Below are positions 59,901 to 64,000 of a stretch of DNA of 64,000 nt, one piece after another. Source of the DNA: Cyanophora paradoxa CCMP329 (lineage: Eukaryota > Plantae > Glaucophyta). The stretch covers positions 30,367 to 94,366 of the forward strand of contig QPMI01000272.1 in the NCBI GenBank assembly GCA_004431415.1, written 5' to 3'. The translations under genes and the position numbers were made by a program. The notes beneath the pieces are model-generated. The model was not told the origin of the DNA and ran no database searches. It was given only the letters and a program-made list of their open reading frames with translations. Position 1 is the first letter of the stretch, and each line of letters begins with the position of its first letter.

Positions 59901-62900
59901 GGCCCCACTCCTCGTGCTTCTGCCGCAGCCGGGGCAGCAGCATCGGCACCACCACCGCCGGCTTCCGCTGCAGCGCCCGCAGCACGTCGTTCCCCCTGAA
60001 AGGCGCGCGTCAGCCGGCGTCCGGGGGCGGGCGGCGTGCGCGCGCGAGCACCGGTCGAGGTAGAGGCGCTTGAGGGAGCGCGGGTTGCACATCCGCAGCT
60101 CGTCCTCGTCGAGCTGCCAGTGGCGCCGCTCGTCGTCGGGCATGCGCTCGAGCTTGATCGCCAGCCGCTCGAAGCCCCGCAGGCTCGCCGCGTTGTTCTC
60201 CAGGCAGATGTCCAGCTCGTACATCTCGTCCTCTGCGCGGGCGTGGGCGGCCGGCGGGGGGCGCGGGGCGGGCGGGGCGGGGCGGGGCGGGGCGGACCGA
60301 TGCGGAAGAGCTCCTGCTCCTGCTGGTTCTTGCGCGAGTGCTTGAAGTCCTCCGAGCCCTGCGCGCGGCCCCGCTCGCCGCTGGAGGGGCGCGCAGCGGA
60401 GCGGAGGCGGCGGCCGCACCGTGGGGACGGAGACCCAGACGTCGTTGACGACCTCGTCGCAGAGGCTCGTGCGGCCCGAGCAGATCGGGAGCGGGAACTG
60501 CGCGGCGGCGTGGGCGGGGGCGGGGCGGGGCGGGCGGGGGAGGCGGGCGGACGTTGCGGGGGAGGGCGCGGTAGGAGGGGGTCCCCTGCTTGCAGTTCTC
60601 GTCGACGATCTCGAAGAGGGGCTTGTCCTTGTACTCGCTCGGGTCCAGGATCGGCCCGTCCGCGTCCTCCGGGTAGAACGGCGCCGCTGCAGCACGCCGC
60701 TCGCACGCCGGCGCCGCGCGGGGCGGGGGCGGGCGAAGGCGGGGCCGGGCGGACCGCAGGCGGGCATGTGGCGGGGGAAGAGGATCTTCTTGATGCCGTT
60801 GAGGAGGTCGGGGTGCGGGCCCAGCAGGTCCTCCACCAGCGCCATCAGCTCGCTGCGCCCCCGCGGCGTCAGCGGGGCGGGGCGGGGCGGGGCGGGGCCG
60901 GCGGGGCGGGCCTGCGGGAGGAGATCTCGAGGTTGTAGAGGTTCAGGCACTTGAGGAACTCCGCGTAGAGCTCCTCGCTGCGCCCCCTCCGTGAGCCGCC
61001 GGGGCGGGAGCCCCCGCGGCGCCCGCCCGCCGCACCTGTTCAGCGCCTCCCGCACCCGCTCGAAGTAGGCCCCGGCGCCGCCCTTGCGCGGCAGGGCGGC
61101 GCGGCCGGGCTTCGGCGCCGGCTTGGCCGGCTCCTTGGCGGCGCGACCGGCTGGCGGGGGGCGTCAGGGCAGCGCGCGGGGGCTCGCGCGGAGCGGCGCA
61201 CTGGAGGCGGGGCGGGCGTAGTCGGCGTTTTCGTCCGAGTCGCGGCCGGTGTCACGGTCGCGGTCCCGGCTCGACTTGGAGGCCGGCGGAGGCGGCACGT
61301 CCCGGTCGTCCCCGCCCCGCCGCCCCGGCTTGCGCTTCGCAGCCGCCGGCTCCGCCCGCGCGTCGCCCGCCTTGGCGCCCCCCTTTGGCGGGAGCGCCCC
61401 GGGGCGTCCGCCGCGAGGGGGCGACAGGGCGCGGTGGCCGCTGCCCGGGGCCGGTCAGCGGGGGCGCCTGAAGTGCAGGGCGGACGTGCGGACCCCTTGG
61501 CGGGCCGGGCCTGCGGGGCCTCGTTGGCGGGGTCGGGGAGGAACTGCGTGAACTCGTGGAGCAGGTCCGTGTGGTCGCGGAAGAGGCGCGCCACCTGTGC
61601 CCCGCCGGCGTCAAGGGGGCCGCGCCAGCGCCCCGGGCCAGCGGCGCACCTGGTTGTACACGTCCTGGATGGACTTCTGCTCGCGCTGGTACGTGTGCAG
61701 GATCTCCAGGAAGGTCTTGTACACCGCCGGCTCCGACACGAAGCGCGTCTGCGGGACGCGTCGGCGATGGGGGCGGCGCGGCGCGGCGGGGGCGGCGCCC
61801 GGGCCCGGCGCACCTTGATCTTGTTGACGTAGCTGATCGCCTGGTCGAACTCGATCGGGGGCTTGGCCGCCATGCTCGGCGGGCCCCCGAAGCCCGGCTT
61901 GCCCATCTCCGGCTTCACGGGGTCGCGCGGCGGGCCGGCGCCCGGCCCACCCGGCCGCATCATGTCCGACTCGGTCGGCGGGCCCGGGTGGGGCGGCGGC
62001 GGGCGAACGCCGTGCATAGGCGCCATCGGCGGCCCCTCCGGGGGCGCTCCGGGCATGCCGCGGTACGCCCCCGGAGGCCCGGGGCCCCACGGAGGCGGCG
62101 CCGCGGGCGCGCCGCCCATTGGGAAGCCCGGAGCCGGCCCAGGGCCAGGCGCCGGCGGGCGCGGGACGCCCGGCGGGGCCGCGTAGGGAGCAGCCGGAAC
62201 GGGCGCCTGGCGCTGCATGGTAGACTGCGCGCGAGCGCGCTTCTCCTCCTCCTCGCGGGCGATCGACTTGACCATGTCCTGGTGCAGGCGCGACACCTCG
62301 CGCATGCCTTGCAGGTGGCCCGCCGGCCCGAACGCCATCAGACCCTCGTCCTGGCGATCGACGGCGGTCAGGTTACGGCGATACGCATTCAAGCAGCACG
62401 AATGCACACCTTGTCAACCTCAATCTTGTATCCTGGCGGCAGGAACGTGTTGAAGCCCAGGATCAAATTGCGATGGCCCGCAAACAACCTCGACACACGG
62501 ATGATGACACCCGGAGTATCGATACTGCGAGGACGCAAATACGTGATCTGCCGAGCGACGCGCACGATATGACAGGATCACGAACGCTGCCGCCTTGAAG
62601 TCCTTCATGATGTCGAGGAAGTGATTGTAGATGAAGGGGCGGTCCTGGAACGTGGTTTTGACGTGTTCAAGATACGCGAGAGCATCCTCCACTTTGAGTT
62701 GCCCCGAGTGCTGCTGAGACGCGGGGGGTGCTGACGGTGGAGCGAGCGGGACCCCGCCAGCGGGCGGTGGCGTCGGTTGAACACCCGGAGGTGGTCTTGG
62801 AGCATGTTGGGGGGGCGCTGGAGCAATCGGGGCGGGTGGGTTCGCCGGCTGGGGTGGCGCGGGTGCGACTGTTGGACCGGGAACCGGAAGTGGTGGGCCA

Positions 62901-63194
62901 GGCTGAGCGATCGCGAGCTCCGGGGGGCTGCGAACGCGAGTTGCATCAGCACATACCGCGAAGAACGGAGAACTCGCGAGGCAACCCCACGGAGAGCCCA
63001 TGGAAATTGATTCCGGTTCAGGTGCGACCATCGACGACTAAGCGACTCCCAGCGAGTGGGCAAGTTCGCGGAACGGAAAAGCACGATCAGGATGCGACGC
63101 ACTGAGGCTGTGGGGGCCCAACTGCGGGCGCCGGAGACAGGCGCTTCGCTGGGTCGGCCCCGTCCGGCGGGAGGTCTTCACGACCTCTTTTCAT
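56965..63194 (-). CDS. SIN3: Sin3 transcriptional corepressor (PAH1-3, HID, Sin3_C)
   Basis: MKRGRED start; PAH1 [25 protein letters not shown]; PAH2 [22 protein letters not shown]; PAH3 [11 protein letters not shown]; [33 protein letters not shown]; [11 protein letters not shown]. Confidence 0.95.
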
Positions 63195-63561
63195 GACGTT
63201 GTGCGCCGAAGGTGCACGAGTTCTACTCCAGATTCGCCCGGCGTGGGGCTGGCGCGCCAAGCGAGCTGCCGGCTGCTGACCTGCTCGCCGAACACGCGAC
63301 CGCGCGTGCCGTCGAGCTGCTAACTGCGACCAACACGCGGCGACCAGGACCTACGCCGGTCGGGCGAAAGGTGGTCGGGTCTCGTATTCCTTTGATCTGC
63401 TACCCCAGCCTGCCGTGCGCGTACCCCTCCCAACGAGCGCTTCAACGCCCGTTTCCCGTGGACCCTGCTAGCCGCCGGGAACAGCTGTTCCTAGGTTGCG
63501 CGGTTCGTTTAAGCAGCCGCAGCAGCCGGCATCGCGCGACGCGCACCGCGCACGGGCCGAA

Positions 63562-64000
63562 ATGTTCAAGAACTTCAAGGCCGGTCTCACGAAGGCCATC
63601 GACAAAGCCGCGGCAGCTACGCAGAAGGTTGCGAGTCAGGCTCAGCAGCTGGCGAACAACTATGTCTCCGGCGGCGAGACCTCGAAGCCCCTGGTGCGCG
63701 TTGCGTGGGCCTCGGTCGCTCTCGCATCTGGATGAGCCTGGCCACCCCGCGCGCAGCCTCCGAAGGTGGCCCGCTTGTCGGCGCTGAACAGCACTATGGT
63801 TTTCGTGCTCGAGTACCTCGACGAGAAGGGCGAGGTGTCGACCACCAAGCAGCCTCTCCGCATCGACAGATACGACGGGAGTGTTAGCGTGGGTGGTGCG
63901 GGCGCCCCCCCACGCCCGCAGGCCTTCGCAGAACGGATCGCTGACGCGCGCCTGCAGGCTTGCGCCCCAACGAGATCAAAGAGAAGGGCGACCGGAGCCT
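63562..64000 (+). CDS. 5' end of a second Sac1/synaptojanin-family gene (truncated by window end)
   Basis: MFKNF..ANNYVSGGETSKPL|PPKVARLSALNSTMVFVLE..LRIDRYDGSVS aligns with the N-terminus of the 42813 gene, and both have a phase-0 intron after K-x-L. Confidence 0.7.

Overview
Very GC-rich, gene-dense eukaryotic DNA with many short spliceosomal introns (about 55-110 nt), so the six-frame ORF track is mostly fragments and antisense shadow ORFs. The gene models below were spliced by hand. A plastid-type transit peptide starting MAF, a flagellar IFT27, an NCA1 homologue and an RWP-RK factor point to a flagellated archaeplastid alga, plausibly a glaucophyte such as Cyanophora (inference). Genes in order: truncated hypothetical (-), ARM-repeat protein (-), unknown protein (+), multi-GAF hybrid histidine kinase (+), NTF2/SnoaL-like protein (-), NAD+-dependent DNA ligase LigA (+), plastid rubredoxin-like protein (+), DUF4062-NACHT-LRR NLR-like protein (+), ankyrin-RING (-), IFT27 (+), synaptojanin-like Sac/5-phosphatase (-), NCA1 (+), RWP-RK(-PB1) factor (-), two 160/161-bp satellite arrays, hnRNP Q/R-like RRM protein (+), partial Sin3 duplicate, Sin3 (-), and the start of a second Sac-family paralogue (+). 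Most interesting: an NLR-like receptor built on a TEP1-type NACHT; a chlamydia-like intron-rich LigA; a synaptojanin with a degenerate 5-phosphatase site and an altered Sac site; and an intron grammar with frequent GC donors, no polypyrimidine tract and complementary C-rich/G-rich intron halves.
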